From Chryseobacterium gleum (GTDB lineage Bacteria; Bacteroidota; Bacteroidia; Flavobacteriales_D; Crocinitomicaceae): a stretch of 64,000 nt of DNA. Positions 18,586-30,160 of this stretch are shown one piece after another; position 1 is the first letter of the stretch, and each line of letters starts with the position of its first letter. The position numbers and the translations under genes were made by a program. The stretch spans positions 48,508 to 112,507 of the forward strand of contig CAMDFN010000003.1 of NCBI GenBank assembly GCA_945897565.1, written 5' to 3'. The notes under the pieces were generated by a model that saw only the letters and a program-made list of their open reading frames with translations, was not told the DNA's origin and made no database searches.

Positions 18586-19578
18586 ATGGTAAAAATTCGC
18601 AATATCGAACTCGGCGATTTCCCGCTGCTTTTAGCACCCATGGAAGACGTCAGTGACCCGCCTTTTCGGGCGCTCTGCAAGCAATACGGTGCAGACCTCA
18701 TGTACACCGAGTTCATCTCTTCAGAAGGTCTCATTCGAGACGCAGCAAAAAGCGTTCAAAAACTCGATATTTTTGAATACGAACGTCCTGTCGGTATCCA
18801 AATCTTTGGTTCCGAGACCGAAAGCATGGTGCAATCTGCACAAATCATTGAGGCTGTAAAGCCCGACCTCATCGACATCAACTACGGCTGCCCTGTCAAA
18901 AAAGTAACTTGCAAAGGTGCCGGAGCAGGCTTGCTTCAAGACATCCCCAAAATGGTAAGACTTACCAAGGAAATCGTCAATGCGACGCATCTTCCAGTTA
19001 CTGTTAAAACACGCCTCGGCTGGGATGAAGACACCAAAAATGTCGTTGACGCCGCAGAACGACTTCAAGATATCGGCATAGAGGCCATCTCTATTCACGG
19101 CCGCACCCGCAAACAAATGTACAAGGGAGAGGCAGATTGGACATTAATTGCAGAGGTCAAGAACAATCCGCGCATGCGCATACCTGTTTTTGGCAATGGC
19201 GACATCGATAGCCCAGAAAAAGCGCTTATTTATAAAAACCGTTATGGGGTCGACGGCGTCATGATTGGCCGCGCATCCATTGGCTACCCCTGGATATTCA
19301 GAGAAATCAAGCATTTTGTAGCTACAGGAGAGCGAATGGCCGGCCCAACGCTAGCAGAACGCGTTTTGGCCTGCAGAGAGCATTTACTCATGAGCATCAG
19401 GTGGAAAGGCCCAAAGCTTGGCATTGCCGAAATGAAGCGCCACTACACGAATTATTTCAAAGGTATTTCACATTTCAAGGAGTACCGTACCCGTTTGGTA
19501 ACAACCGCTGAACTCGATGAAATTTTGAGTATTCTTTCTTACATTGAAGAACACCAAGACGAATTTATTTTTGCTTGA
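18586..19578 (+). CDS. dusB: tRNA-dihydrouridine synthase
   Basis: 330-aa ORF with Dus family motifs (LAPMEDVSDPPFR, INYGCP, catalytic Cys context). Confidence 0.9.
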   Translation: MVKIRNIELGDFPLLLAPMEDVSDPPFRALCKQYGADLMYTEFISSEGLIRDAAKSVQKLDIFEYERPVGIQIFGSETESMVQSAQIIEAVKPDLIDINYGCPVKKVTCKGAGAGLLQDIPKMVRLTKEIVNATHLPVTVKTRLGWDEDTKNVVDAAERLQDIGIEAISIHGRTRKQMYKGEADWTLIAEVKNNPRMRIPVFGNGDIDSPEKALIYKNRYGVDGVMIGRASIGYPWIFREIKHFVATGERMAGPTLAERVLACREHLLMSIRWKGPKLGIAEMKRHYTNYFKGISHFKEYRTRLVTTAELDEILSILSYIEEHQDEFIFA

Positions 19579-19589
19579 TTCAGCGCTTA

Positions 19590-20918
19590 CTAGATCAGTT
19601 TATTGCGTCTGAGGATAGATCGAACGGGCACTTGAAGGCTGCCGAAAATTTCATAGCGTGTCAGTTGATCAATTTTGAAATAATACTTGGTGCCTTTGTA
19701 TTTCCACAACACCTGATTTTGCTTGCTGCGCACCACACGCGGTGAAATCGCTGTCGAAAAGTATTGGTAGTAAGGGCCAGATTTTTGGAAATGCAATAAG
19801 GGCGAAAACAAAAAACGATAGCCATTTTCATCTTCGCGCAGCAATCCTTTTTGCACCAACTTACCGATAAATTGAGGAGCTGATTTATTCAAAGAAGCCA
19901 AGACCGAAAACCCTGGTACGGTATCGTAGCGCAGGCGTTCAACTTCTGTCTCATTGAAGTCGTCGTCTAGAATGGTTTCAATATAACGCACTTCCTGAAT
20001 TTGCTTGCCGCCTTCTTGATAAACGAGATCACCGTTCCAGGCTGCCATAAAGCGTTCAAATGGAAAGCCAATTTTTCGGCTCAACTGAGCGAGCTGCACA
20101 TAAACCGAATCTTGTTTTTGCTGCTTGAATTCGCGGACATCTAGATGCATATCGATGAGGCGGTCGGTTTGAAGATCGCCCTTGTAACTCAAACCTGAGC
20201 GCTTGAGCGAAAAATAAAGTGGCGTTCGCTTTTTGATATAGCTTTTAAGGCGAAAACCAAGCGAATCGCTGTCGTGGGCAAACATGGCGGTCTGGATATC
20301 AAACCGTTTCAATTTAGGCCAATTGGCGTAAATGACGAGGTGTTCGTTTTTGAATTGTTTCTGTTTCAAAAACTGCCTCCATACTTTTTGCTGAGAGCCG
20401 TAATGCGCCGAGACCACATGATTGAGGGTGCGAATAAAGTCGTTTCCTTGATAAATAAGTGCGTAATCTTTGCCATAGTGCAAATACGACTTCTCTTTTT
20501 GGATGTAATAAAATTTGTTGCCGCCAACCGTGGAGTCTTGAAGTGCAGCAAACTTTGACAAACGCTCCATTCCTAGTTGAACTTTGGAGGAGTCTGTAAG
20601 GCGAATAAGCGCACCCCAATTGCCATTTTCGTTGGCAAAAAGATAGAGATTCGACTCCAAATCTATGCCGTATTGTTTGCCTTGTCCTAGGAGGAACTCA
20701 TAGGTGGTGAAGTCTCGCATGGAGAGCTTGTTGTACTGAAGCAAAGAATTGGTTTCTTTGGCAAGCTCTAAAATATTGGCCTTTGCCAAGAAATCGGCAC
20801 TCGGAAGCCGATCTAGCAAGCGCGGAGTTTTGGGTTGCTCAAACAAAAAGGACTTGACAAATAATACCAACCCTAGACTACCGGCGATCAAGACGAGTGT
20901 CAGAAACTTGCGATACAT
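19590..20918 (-). CDS. Membrane-anchored/secreted hypothetical protein
   Basis: 442-aa ORF with an N-terminal hydrophobic anchor (FLTLVLIAGSLGLVLFV). It lies 3 nt downstream of the 621-aa ORF. Confidence 0.6.
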   Translation of the reverse strand: MYRKFLTLVLIAGSLGLVLFVKSFLFEQPKTPRLLDRLPSADFLAKANILELAKETNSLLQYNKLSMRDFTTYEFLLGQGKQYGIDLESNLYLFANENGNWGALIRLTDSSKVQLGMERLSKFAALQDSTVGGNKFYYIQKEKSYLHYGKDYALIYQGNDFIRTLNHVVSAHYGSQQKVWRQFLKQKQFKNEHLVIYANWPKLKRFDIQTAMFAHDSDSLGFRLKSYIKKRTPLYFSLKRSGLSYKGDLQTDRLIDMHLDVREFKQQKQDSVYVQLAQLSRKIGFPFERFMAAWNGDLVYQEGGKQIQEVRYIETILDDDFNETEVERLRYDTVPGFSVLASLNKSAPQFIGKLVQKGLLREDENGYRFLFSPLLHFQKSGPYYQYFSTAISPRVVRSKQNQVLWKYKGTKYYFKIDQLTRYEIFGSLQVPVRSILRRNKLI

Positions 20919-20921
20919 TGC

Positions 20922-22787
20922 CTAAGGATTCAATGTGTAGATGAGGTAGAGCGAGTTGACGAGGTCAAGAAGGTGCTTTCCGGTAGACTCCGTGCCTTCA
21001 TAGCTGTAACTCATTTTAAAGGTGGTGTGTTCGGTATTGGTTTCAGATGAGGTAAGAACCAACTGACCTGACTTGCCTTTTAAGGAAGAAACAATTTCGG
21101 CATTGCGGGGCGTGAGCACCTCTGTAGGGAAGCCATCGAGAGTTTTGGGGATATCCACAGAGCCGTACATAAAGCCGCTTTGACGGGCCAGTTTGCATTG
21201 CTTTTTACCCAATGCACCTTTGCCGTAACCTTTCGGGTGCAATCTGGCGAGGTCTTCGTCGTTGGTAAAAATAAGGAGCTTTCCTGTATTGATGATATAA
21301 AGCGGAGCAGCATCTAAAATGGCGTTGTCTATGCGCCAGTAATTTTCAAAACGTTGGACGCGAGAACTCAAACGCGCCATGTGTTTGAGCACTAACTCAG
21401 GTACGTCGGCACGCGCTGTAGAGAATCCGAGGGTGAAAATGGGCATTTCTGCTTCTGTTTCGGTTTCGACTTCAGTGTAGGCAAAAGTTTCGTCGTAATC
21501 AAATACAATTTTTTTGATTTTGACTTTTTTGATGCCGTTGAAAGTGCCAAACATACTGCCTTTGTAGGTATCGAATAAAGCCTCTTTATTGATGAATTCA
21601 TTGAGAAGCTCTAGCGTAAGCACGTTCATCGCAATTTGCGCGTTTTTCTCATCGCTGAGCAAAGGGAGCAACACTTTATAAGCCTGCTCGTAAGCTTGTT
21701 CTAGATTGATGTTGTACGTAAAATAAGCCGGGCTTTGCGCAGGGATGTAAGCCAATACATTCTGATCAAATTTGGCATCGTTCATTTGCGCATAAACACT
21801 ACCGAGTGCGGGGCCATATTGGGCCTCCACCTCAAAATCTACTTTGTTGTCTCTTAGAAAGAGATCGCCAAGAATGACGTTCCCGGCATAAAGTTCTTGG
21901 ATGTCTTTGTAAAGCGAAGGTAAAACGGTCTGAAAATACCACAAACCTTCAGATTTATCTAAATTTCTAGCGTTGTCTAGATAGAATGCACCTTCTGCAT
22001 TATGCGTAAGTTGAGCCGCAAAACGAGGGTCATAATTATACAGATTGATACCTTGCACAAATATTTCGTCAATGACGCGCGCCAATTCTGCTTGTTGGAG
22101 CATGACCTGAACGCTGTCGCGGAGTTCGTAGTAATTTTTAACGGCCGGATTTTCGGTCGCCTCAGGGAAAACATTGGTATTGGGGTTGTCTTCGTAGGTT
22201 TGTTCATTGAGTATTTGCTCTTCTTGCGGTGCCTCTTCAAAAAAGTCAAATGGCATTTCATTACCTCTTGCATACCAGATGGAGTCTGTAACGGCATCGA
22301 TGTGTTCCATGGTGGGCTCAATGCGAATGAGGATTGCTTTGTTGTCTTTGATCAGTAATTGATTGAAGAAAGTACCATAGATTTCTAATCCTGCTAAAGG
22401 GCTCGGCACAACCTGGAAATCGTCAAAGACTTCGAATAAAGCAGTTTTGTCAGTAATACCAAACGTAAAGCCGGTAAGCTCGTGTGTATTGGATTTTCCG
22501 TAGAAGAGATTCAAGCGCTGGTTGAAGTCTAGGCCGGCATCTTTGAGGGTTTTGCCCGAAGTAGAGCCATCGAAAAGTTCTTGGTGTACCTCTGACATGA
22601 ATTCGTAGTTAACGAGTTCATCCATAGATATTTTTTGCAGCAAACTGATGTTGTTGATACTGAAAACTGTTACGGCATCTTTGGGTAGCAATTGCTCAGA
22701 TTGTACTTGCTGTAATTGGGCTTGGGCAGTGGTGGTGATGAGGGTGGCAATTACCAAACCCAGGACGATCTTGAAAAGTTGACTCAC
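20922..22787 (-). CDS. Secreted hypothetical protein
   Basis: 621-aa ORF with a GTG start and a signal peptide (KIVLGLVIATLITTTAQAQ). No family recognised. Confidence 0.6.
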   Translation of the reverse strand: MSQLFKIVLGLVIATLITTTAQAQLQQVQSEQLLPKDAVTVFSINNISLLQKISMDELVNYEFMSEVHQELFDGSTSGKTLKDAGLDFNQRLNLFYGKSNTHELTGFTFGITDKTALFEVFDDFQVVPSPLAGLEIYGTFFNQLLIKDNKAILIRIEPTMEHIDAVTDSIWYARGNEMPFDFFEEAPQEEQILNEQTYEDNPNTNVFPEATENPAVKNYYELRDSVQVMLQQAELARVIDEIFVQGINLYNYDPRFAAQLTHNAEGAFYLDNARNLDKSEGLWYFQTVLPSLYKDIQELYAGNVILGDLFLRDNKVDFEVEAQYGPALGSVYAQMNDAKFDQNVLAYIPAQSPAYFTYNINLEQAYEQAYKVLLPLLSDEKNAQIAMNVLTLELLNEFINKEALFDTYKGSMFGTFNGIKKVKIKKIVFDYDETFAYTEVETETEAEMPIFTLGFSTARADVPELVLKHMARLSSRVQRFENYWRIDNAILDAAPLYIINTGKLLIFTNDEDLARLHPKGYGKGALGKKQCKLARQSGFMYGSVDIPKTLDGFPTEVLTPRNAEIVSSLKGKSGQLVLTSSETNTEHTTFKMSYSYEGTESTGKHLLDLVNSLYLIYTLNP

Positions 22788-22830
22788 ACGATAGAAATTA
22801 TAGGACGAAGTTACGCATAATCCGCGATTA

Positions 22831-23496
22831 TCATCTCGGGGTTAGTACAATTGTGTTGTCTAGTAAATGTTGGTTTTCTTTGAGTTCAAAGGTATTGGTA
22901 CGGACCATTACCGCCATTTGATTTTTGCTAAGGGTTCCCAACTTATTTTCAAAAGAAGCAACGGGGCGTTCAAAGCGGGCGATGGAGGTATACATCCCTT
23001 CTTTGAGCAGTTCTTCATCTTCTAATTTGTAATTCTTGATTTGTTGGGTAATGTAAGACGGGATGCTGCGCACCAAAGTGTTGCCATCCCAACTCAGCCA
23101 AAATTGATCGGCGACAGTCGTTATTTTATCGTTGGAAATTTGAGCGATACTCAACTTGATGCCGTCTTGCAAATTTCTAATACTGCTGAAATCACAGGAA
23201 AACTTAAAGATAAAATCGGTGTAATTTTCCTCTACCAAAACATTTGAAATACCAACTTGCGCATCCAATATGCGCACAAACTCATTGATTTTAGCACTAA
23301 TTTGTGCTTTGCTAGGAACAGGTCTGCCGTCTAGGCTATCCAAGGCTAAAATTGAATTGACTTTGACTTTACTAGCACTTAAATTGATTTTGTAGCGCAG
23401 CGTGCCCGAACCATCGTTGTTGAGGGTGAGGTCATCGGAAATTTCTATGCAAGCTGAGAGCAGTCCGATCAATAAAAAAGCAAGGATATATTTCAT
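22831..23496 (-). CDS. Hypothetical lipoprotein
   Basis: 221-aa ORF with signal peptide and lipobox (LLIGLLSAC). It is the first gene of a three-gene minus-strand cluster. Confidence 0.6.
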   Translation of the reverse strand: MKYILAFLLIGLLSACIEISDDLTLNNDGSGTLRYKINLSASKVKVNSILALDSLDGRPVPSKAQISAKINEFVRILDAQVGISNVLVEENYTDFIFKFSCDFSSIRNLQDGIKLSIAQISNDKITTVADQFWLSWDGNTLVRSIPSYITQQIKNYKLEDEELLKEGMYTSIARFERPVASFENKLGTLSKNQMAVMVRTNTFELKENQHLLDNTIVLTPR

Positions 23497-23522
23497 GTTT
23501 GTGCGCTATGCAATTGTGATGC

Positions 23523-23530
23523 CAAAGTTA
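23523..23530 (-). promoter_or_regulatory. Bacteroidota -7 box (TAACTTTG, minus strand) upstream of lipoprotein cluster
   Basis: The reverse complement of caaagtta lies 26 nt before ATG 23496. Confidence 0.4.
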
Positions 23531-23563
23531 GTCAAATAAGCCCTTTTGTTCAGGTAAATTGTT

Positions 23564-23592
23564 GCAAAAGAAAGCCACCCGAAGGTGGCTCT
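23564..23592 (-). terminator. Second rho-independent terminator downstream of groEL
   Basis: On the minus strand: AGCCACC-UUCG-GGUGGCU followed by TTTCTTTTG. Confidence 0.6.
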
Positions 23593-23625
23593 ATATTGAC
23601 ATTTCTCGCTATCCGTTCAAACGGG

Positions 23626-23658
23626 AAGAAAGAAATGAAAAAGAGCCCGAGGGCTCTT
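23626..23658 (-). terminator. Rho-independent terminator immediately after groEL
   Basis: On the minus strand: AAGAGCC-CUCG-GGCUCUU followed by TTTTCATTTCTTTC, 8 nt after the stop codon. Confidence 0.65.
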
Positions 23659-23665
23659 GTAATCA

Positions 23666-25315
<1,650 letters not shown>

Positions 25316-25321
25316 TTAAAA

Positions 25322-25597
25322 TTAAAAAATACCGTAGATGTCTGATTCTCGCATGATGAGGAAATTGTGCCCGTCGATTTTGATTTCGGTACCAGCGTAT
25401 TGACCATAAAGAATAGAATCGCCAACTTTCACTGACATGGGTTCATCTTGTTTGCCAGATCCAGCCGCTACAACAGTACCGCGCAAGGGTTTTTCTTTTG
25501 CTGTATCTGGAATGATGATTCCGCTTGCTGTTTTTTGCTCTGCTGGCGCAGGTTCTACCAGAACTCTGTCTGCCAAAGGTTTGAAATTTACTGACAT
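25322..25597 (-). CDS. groES: Co-chaperonin GroES
   Basis: The start is moved to ATG 25597, giving [16 protein letters not shown] (91 aa). It lies 18 nt upstream of groEL. Confidence 0.95.
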   Translation of the reverse strand: MSVNFKPLADRVLVEPAPAEQKTASGIIIPDTAKEKPLRGTVVAAGSGKQDEPMSVKVGDSILYGQYAGTEIKIDGHNFLIMRESDIYGIF

Positions 25598-25674
25598 AAA
25601 AAATATTTTTAGTTGCATGCTCTCCTTCGAAAAACATGCCAATTGCCGTTTTGCGTCAAAATTGCATGAAGGAC

Positions 25675-25712
25675 AAAAAAAATGTCAGTATGCGTGACAT
25701 ACTGACATTTTG
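25675..25712 (-). terminator. Rho-independent terminator after secG
   Basis: Perfect 11-bp inverted repeat ATGTCAGTATG / CATACTGACAT with a 5-nt loop. It is flanked by an A8 run (a T-run on the minus strand) and TTTT. Confidence 0.7.
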
Positions 25713-25732
25713 TAATGTTGAAAAAAAATGGG

Positions 25733-26059
25733 TTATTGTCCTTGGCTCTGGCCTTGATTTTGGCCTTGTCCTTGGTTTTGACCTTGACCTTGGTTAGGTG
25801 CTTGTTGTTGGGTTTGTGGCGCCACTGGTTTTGGTGGCTTAGGTTGGCTCAAAGAGATGCTAAGGCTAAGCACTACAATAACAGCTGCCAAGCCCCAAGT
25901 GAGTTTGTCGATGAGCTCGTTGGTGCGTTGAACGCCTCCTAATTGAGCAGCTCCACCGAAATCAGCACTTAAGCCCCCACCTTTTGGGTTTTGAACATAA
26001 ACAACGAGAATCAGCAATGCGCTGGCTACGATGATTAAAAAAGAAAGTATTCCTGTCAT
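25733..26059 (-). CDS. secG: Preprotein translocase subunit SecG with Q/G/N-rich C-terminal tail
   Basis: 108-aa ORF with two TM segments and the SecG loop motif (NPKGGGLSADFGG). Confidence 0.8.
   Translation of the reverse strand: MTGILSFLIIVASALLILVVYVQNPKGGGLSADFGGAAQLGGVQRTNELIDKLTWGLAAVIVVLSLSISLSQPKPPKPVAPQTQQQAPNQGQGQNQGQGQNQGQSQGQ
25736..25795 (-). repeat. Hexanucleotide-type low-complexity repeat encoding the (QG/QN/QS) tail of SecG
   Basis: The plus strand reads ttgtccttggctctggccttgattttggccttgtccttggttttgaccttgaccttggtt. Confidence 0.7.
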
Positions 26060-26061
26060 GA

Positions 26062-26931
26062 TTAAGCGTTGAGGTTTTTCTTGAGTACTCTAATTTGATT
26101 TGCAAAGAAACTCTTTTTTTCCGGATTAAGCAAAATTAATTGTTCATAAATCCCAATTGCTTTGGTTACTGCGCCTTGCATCGCGTAAATTTTTGCCAAG
26201 GTTTCTGAAACCGGTATTTGATCGGCGCTTAAACTTTCTTTGGCTTTTTTAGCGGGTGAATAAAAATCTTGCTTGGTTTTTTCAATTCGGAGATACGCTT
26301 TCTGTTGTTCATCTGCAGGTTCGTCAGAAATATGCAGCCATTGCGAAAAAGTGAAGCGTTCATTTTGCTCTGACGGAGCAATTTCAGGTTGCGCAAGCGG
26401 CGCTTTTGAAGGCTCAGACGCTTTTTCATCCATGGATTTGAGCTCTTCGGTGTAGGTGATGTCTACATATGCAGCATTGATCAGGCTGGCCCTTAACAAT
26501 TGATCGAGTTCATCGGGGGCCTTTATGTCGTCTTCTTGAAAAGAGATAGCTTCTGTATTAGCCTTCTCTACAACCTCTTCAATGATTTTTTCATCTTCTA
26601 AAACTTGAATTTCTTCAGCAATAACTTCTTCAATAACTTGAATCTCTTCAGCAATAACTTCTTCAACAACTTGAACTTCTTGGATTTCTTGCTTTAGGCG
26701 CTCGTTGAGCAATTCGTAGAGTACAACACGGTTTTGAATAGCAAAGGCTTTTTGTTCAAGGGCTTTGGAAAGTCGGACATCTTGTTCTTTAGCGAGCGTT
26801 TTGAGGTAGAGAATCGAAAAACTTGTTGCATAGGGATAATCCAACTGAAGATCTTCTAGATCAGACAGGTGAATACCCGAACAATTACTCGGGTTGGCGA
26901 TTTGCAAATGAAGTTGTTCTTTACTTAACAC
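26062..26931 (-). CDS. Hypothetical protein with acidic 11-aa tandem repeat and C-terminal TPR-like motif
   Basis: 289-aa ORF with a GTG start. It contains the repeat EEVIAEEIQV(I/L) and a C-terminal AKIYAMQGAVTKAIGIYEQLILLNPEKK motif. Confidence 0.6.
   Translation of the reverse strand: MLSKEQLHLQIANPSNCSGIHLSDLEDLQLDYPYATSFSILYLKTLAKEQDVRLSKALEQKAFAIQNRVVLYELLNERLKQEIQEVQVVEEVIAEEIQVIEEVIAEEIQVLEDEKIIEEVVEKANTEAISFQEDDIKAPDELDQLLRASLINAAYVDITYTEELKSMDEKASEPSKAPLAQPEIAPSEQNERFTFSQWLHISDEPADEQQKAYLRIEKTKQDFYSPAKKAKESLSADQIPVSETLAKIYAMQGAVTKAIGIYEQLILLNPEKKSFFANQIRVLKKNLNA
26602..26688 (-). repeat. 33-nt tandem repeat (~2.6 copies) inside the 289-aa ORF
   Basis: Units 26602-26634 and 26635-26667 differ at 2 of 33 nt. 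A degenerate partial third unit follows. Confidence 0.8.
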
Positions 26932-26940
26932 GGTGCTAAT

Positions 26941-27453
26941 TTACCAATTACTGTACAACTTATTGATGAGGTCTTGGACCATTTGAGCTGAGATTTCTGC
27001 AAATAGTTTTTGCTCTACATCGGCCAAATTACTAGCGGATGAGAAATCGGCAAAACGCGAACTCACCAATTGCCATTCTTCTTCTTTGGGCGCTTTGATC
27101 TTGATCTTGAGAGCGAGTGTCATGGTGAGTCTGTTGCTACTGGCGTTGTCGGCTCCTTGTATGGCAACGGGCTGAACTTGGTAGTTGGTAATGGCTCCTT
27201 CTATGTTGACTTCCCCTGCTCCTTGTTTGGTGTTGAGCACGAGGCGTGTGTTGTTTTGAACGCCGTCTTTGAGTTGTTCGGTGAGCAAGGGCGCAAAGGA
27301 AAGCGGACAATTAGGCGCTGTATTTTCCAAATTTTGGATCGTAAAACTCACCCATTCTGGTGCCATACCGCCGCTGTCTCGAAAAGAAAAACTCTCGGGC
27401 CAACAGGCGCTCAGTGCAGACGCAACTAAAATATAGCAGATCCAGCGCCTCAT
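26941..27453 (-). CDS. lptE: LptE-like LPS-assembly lipoprotein
   Basis: 170-aa ORF with a lipobox (ASALSAC). Its size and its position between a sigma-54 activator and secG match the Flavobacteriia LptE family as I remember it; this is not verified. Confidence 0.55.
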   Translation of the reverse strand: MRRWICYILVASALSACWPESFSFRDSGGMAPEWVSFTIQNLENTAPNCPLSFAPLLTEQLKDGVQNNTRLVLNTKQGAGEVNIEGAITNYQVQPVAIQGADNASSNRLTMTLALKIKIKAPKEEEWQLVSSRFADFSSASNLADVEQKLFAEISAQMVQDLINKLYSNW

Positions 27454-28700
27454 TCCGCTAATTGAAATTCTTTGATTTTGCGATAGAGCGTGCGCTCGGA
27501 GATGCCAAGTTCTTGCGCTGCATATTTGCGCTTTCCGCGGTGCTTTTCGAGTGCTTTTTGAATGAGCTCGCGCTCGCGGTCTTCTAAGCTCAGAGATTCT
27601 TCGAGTTCAATATGCGCCTCGTATTCGTCGTGGTCTGGGTTGCGCTGGTTAGAGGGCAACTCGACATGAACGCTTGGTGCAGGCAAAATGCGTGTGGAGT
27701 TGCTTGGCTCTTCATAAACCTCTTGGTAAAGTCGGGATACCGCAGCAGACTGATCGGCACTTAAATTGATGTTTTGTGTGCCGTTGGCAATATCGATGAC
27801 TAATTTTTTGAGCTCGGTGAGGTCTTTTTTCATGTCAAAAAGAAATTTGTACATGAGTTCTCTTTCTGAGATGGCGTCTTGACTTTGCTCATTGCGCTGC
27901 AGGCCACTTGTCTTTTCAGTAATGGGCGTAAGGTAAGCATTGAGCGTGAGCGCATCTATTTGGCGGGCAGTTTCAATGACGGAAAGCTGTTCGACCAAAT
28001 TTTTGAGCTGGCGGATATTCCCGGGCCAAGGATAACTGAGCAAAAGTTCTACAGCTGCTTCGGTAAGTTTGATGGCAGGCATGCGGTATTTGTCGGCAAA
28101 ATCATTGGCAAATTTTCTAAACAGCAGATGGATGTCTTCGGCACGCTGACGCAGTGCAGGCAAAGGAATGGGTACGGTGCTAAGGCGATAGTAGAGGTCT
28201 TCGCGGAATTTGCCTGAAGCGATTGCTTTTTGCATGTTTTCGTTGGTAGCAGCTACTACGCGCACGTTGGTTTTGAGTGGCTTAGAAGAGCCTACACGGA
28301 TGTATTCGCCGGTTTCGAGCACACGCAGCAAGCGCACTTGAGTCTGCATAGGAAGTTCCGCTACCTCATCTAAAAAAATAGTACCGCCATTGGCCACTTC
28401 AAAATAACCTTGACGACTACCTTGTGCACCGGTGAAGGAGCCTTTCTCATGACCAAATAATTCTGAATCGATGGTGCCTTCTGGGATAGCGCCGCAGTTT
28501 ACAGCGATGTATTCGCCATGTTTGCGCGCACTCAGTTGATGGATCACCTGCGGGATAATTTCTTTACCGGTTCCGCTCTCGCCAGTAACCAATACTGAAA
28601 TGTCTGTGGGCGCCACTTGCATCGCGATCTCCAATGCGCGGTTGAGCAAAGGTGCTGAGCCAATGATGCCGAATCTTTGTTTGATTTGCTGAACATCCAT
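27450..28700 (-). CDS. Sigma-54-dependent transcriptional activator (AAA+ plus Fis-type HTH, no N-terminal sensor domain)
   Basis: 416-aa ORF with Walker A GESGTGKE at about residue 40, a GAFTGA-type loop (GSFTGA), Walker B (IFLDEV) and a C-terminal HTH ([19 protein letters not shown]). Confidence 0.85.
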   Translation of the reverse strand: MDVQQIKQRFGIIGSAPLLNRALEIAMQVAPTDISVLVTGESGTGKEIIPQVIHQLSARKHGEYIAVNCGAIPEGTIDSELFGHEKGSFTGAQGSRQGYFEVANGGTIFLDEVAELPMQTQVRLLRVLETGEYIRVGSSKPLKTNVRVVAATNENMQKAIASGKFREDLYYRLSTVPIPLPALRQRAEDIHLLFRKFANDFADKYRMPAIKLTEAAVELLLSYPWPGNIRQLKNLVEQLSVIETARQIDALTLNAYLTPITEKTSGLQRNEQSQDAISERELMYKFLFDMKKDLTELKKLVIDIANGTQNINLSADQSAAVSRLYQEVYEEPSNSTRILPAPSVHVELPSNQRNPDHDEYEAHIELEESLSLEDRERELIQKALEKHRGKRKYAAQELGISERTLYRKIKEFQLAE

Positions 28701-28716
28701 AAATTCAAACTAGCAG

Positions 28717-30144
28717 TTACAATTCAATTTCACCTTTTAAGGTGGCTGAAGTACATTCGGAGATGCGCACATTGACGTAGTCTCCTTTTTTAAAATTGAG
28801 TTTCGGGAATACGACCATGGCATTGCTGCCGGTACGCCCGCACAGCTGCTCATCTGAGCGCTTAGATTTTCCTTCGATGAGCACTTTTTGTACGGTGCCA
28901 AGCATTCGTTGGTTGGATGCTAAGGAATGAGCCAATTGCTTCTCGATGATTTCATTGAGGCGTCGACCTTTAACTTCTTCCGGGACGTCGTCTGTAAAAC
29001 GGCGTTCTGCTAGCGTTTTTGGTCGCTCAGAGTATTTGAACATGTAGGCAAAATCATATTGCACTAAATCCATTAAGCTGAGGGTATCTTGATGCTCTTC
29101 TTCGGTCTCGCCACAGAAACCGGTAATGATATCCGTAGAAATAGCACAACCCGGAATAATGCGTTTGATCGCGGCAATGCGCTCGAGGTACCACTCGCGA
29201 GAATAACCGCGGTTCATGCGGTAGAGCACGTCTGAATGACCAGACTGAACAGGAAGGTGAATATAAGGGCAAATGTTTTCGTATTTAGCCATCATTTCCA
29301 AAACCTCATCGGTCATGTCTTTGGGATGAGAAGTGCTGAAGCGCACGCGCAGCAATGGCGATACATGAGCCACCATTTCCATGAGTTGGGCAAAATTAGT
29401 AGTGGGCTCGTCTGCGTGTTTGATTTCGCCTTTAGAGCTGATGTTCCAACGGTAAGAATCTACGTTTTGGCCCAATAAAGTTACCTCGCGGTAACCTTTT
29501 TCAAAGAGATCGTGACACTCCGCAACAATAGTCTGCGGATCGCGAGAGCGTTCTCTGCCTCTGGTGAACGGCACCACGCAAAACGAACACATGTTGTCGC
29601 AACCACGCATAATGGTTACAAAAGCGGCGATACCGCCCTGATCTAAACGAACAGGTGAAATATCGGCGTAGGTTTCGTCTCTTGACAACAACACATTGAC
29701 CGCTTTTTGGCCTGTTCCTACTTCGTCTATGAGATTGGGAAGATCGCGGTAGGCATCTGGGCCCGCCACTAAATCGACTAATTTTTCTTCTTCGAGTAAA
29801 TTCTTTTTGAGGCGCTCGGCCATGCAGCCCAAAATACCGACAACTAACTCAGGATTGCGTTCCTTTTTGATTTTGAACTCCGTGAGGCGGTTGCGAACGC
29901 GTTGTTCTGCATTTTCACGAATAGAGCAAGTGTTGAGCAATATGACATCGGCGTCGTCGATGTTGCGGGTAGTTTGATAGCCTTGATCAGAAAGTATGGA
30001 AGCTACAACCTCGCTGTCCGAGAAATTCATTTGGCAGCCATAACTTTCGAGATATAGTTTTTTGGCCTCAGAATTGCCCTGAGCGGGCAAGTCGAGGGCG
30101 GTGCCTTGAAGTGCTTCGTCTATTACTTTGTTTTCGTATTCCAT
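28717..30144 (-). CDS. miaB: tRNA-2-methylthio-N6-dimethylallyladenosine synthase
   Basis: The start is moved to ATG 30144 (MEYENK...). It has a radical-SAM cluster motif ([11 protein letters not shown]), an N-terminal UPF0004 Cys pattern (GCQMN) and a C-terminal TRAM-like domain. Confidence 0.92.
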   Translation of the reverse strand: MEYENKVIDEALQGTALDLPAQGNSEAKKLYLESYGCQMNFSDSEVVASILSDQGYQTTRNIDDADVILLNTCSIRENAEQRVRNRLTEFKIKKERNPELVVGILGCMAERLKKNLLEEEKLVDLVAGPDAYRDLPNLIDEVGTGQKAVNVLLSRDETYADISPVRLDQGGIAAFVTIMRGCDNMCSFCVVPFTRGRERSRDPQTIVAECHDLFEKGYREVTLLGQNVDSYRWNISSKGEIKHADEPTTNFAQLMEMVAHVSPLLRVRFSTSHPKDMTDEVLEMMAKYENICPYIHLPVQSGHSDVLYRMNRGYSREWYLERIAAIKRIIPGCAISTDIITGFCGETEEEHQDTLSLMDLVQYDFAYMFKYSERPKTLAERRFTDDVPEEVKGRRLNEIIEKQLAHSLASNQRMLGTVQKVLIEGKSKRSDEQLCGRTGSNAMVVFPKLNFKKGDYVNVRISECTSATLKGEIEL

Positions 30145-30160
30145 CGTGCGTATTGAACTG

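Noticed and set aside
25598-25732. A CIRCE (HrcA) operator upstream of groES
   Set aside because: No TTAGCACTC-N9-GAGTGCTAA-like inverted repeat is present. The only strong inverted repeat there (25682-25708) is the secG terminator.
25736-26688. Tandem repeats at 25736-25795, 26602-26688 and 57286-57447 as CRISPR-like arrays
   Set aside because: The units are directly adjacent with no spacers, their lengths are multiples of three, and they lie in coding frames. No cas genes are present.
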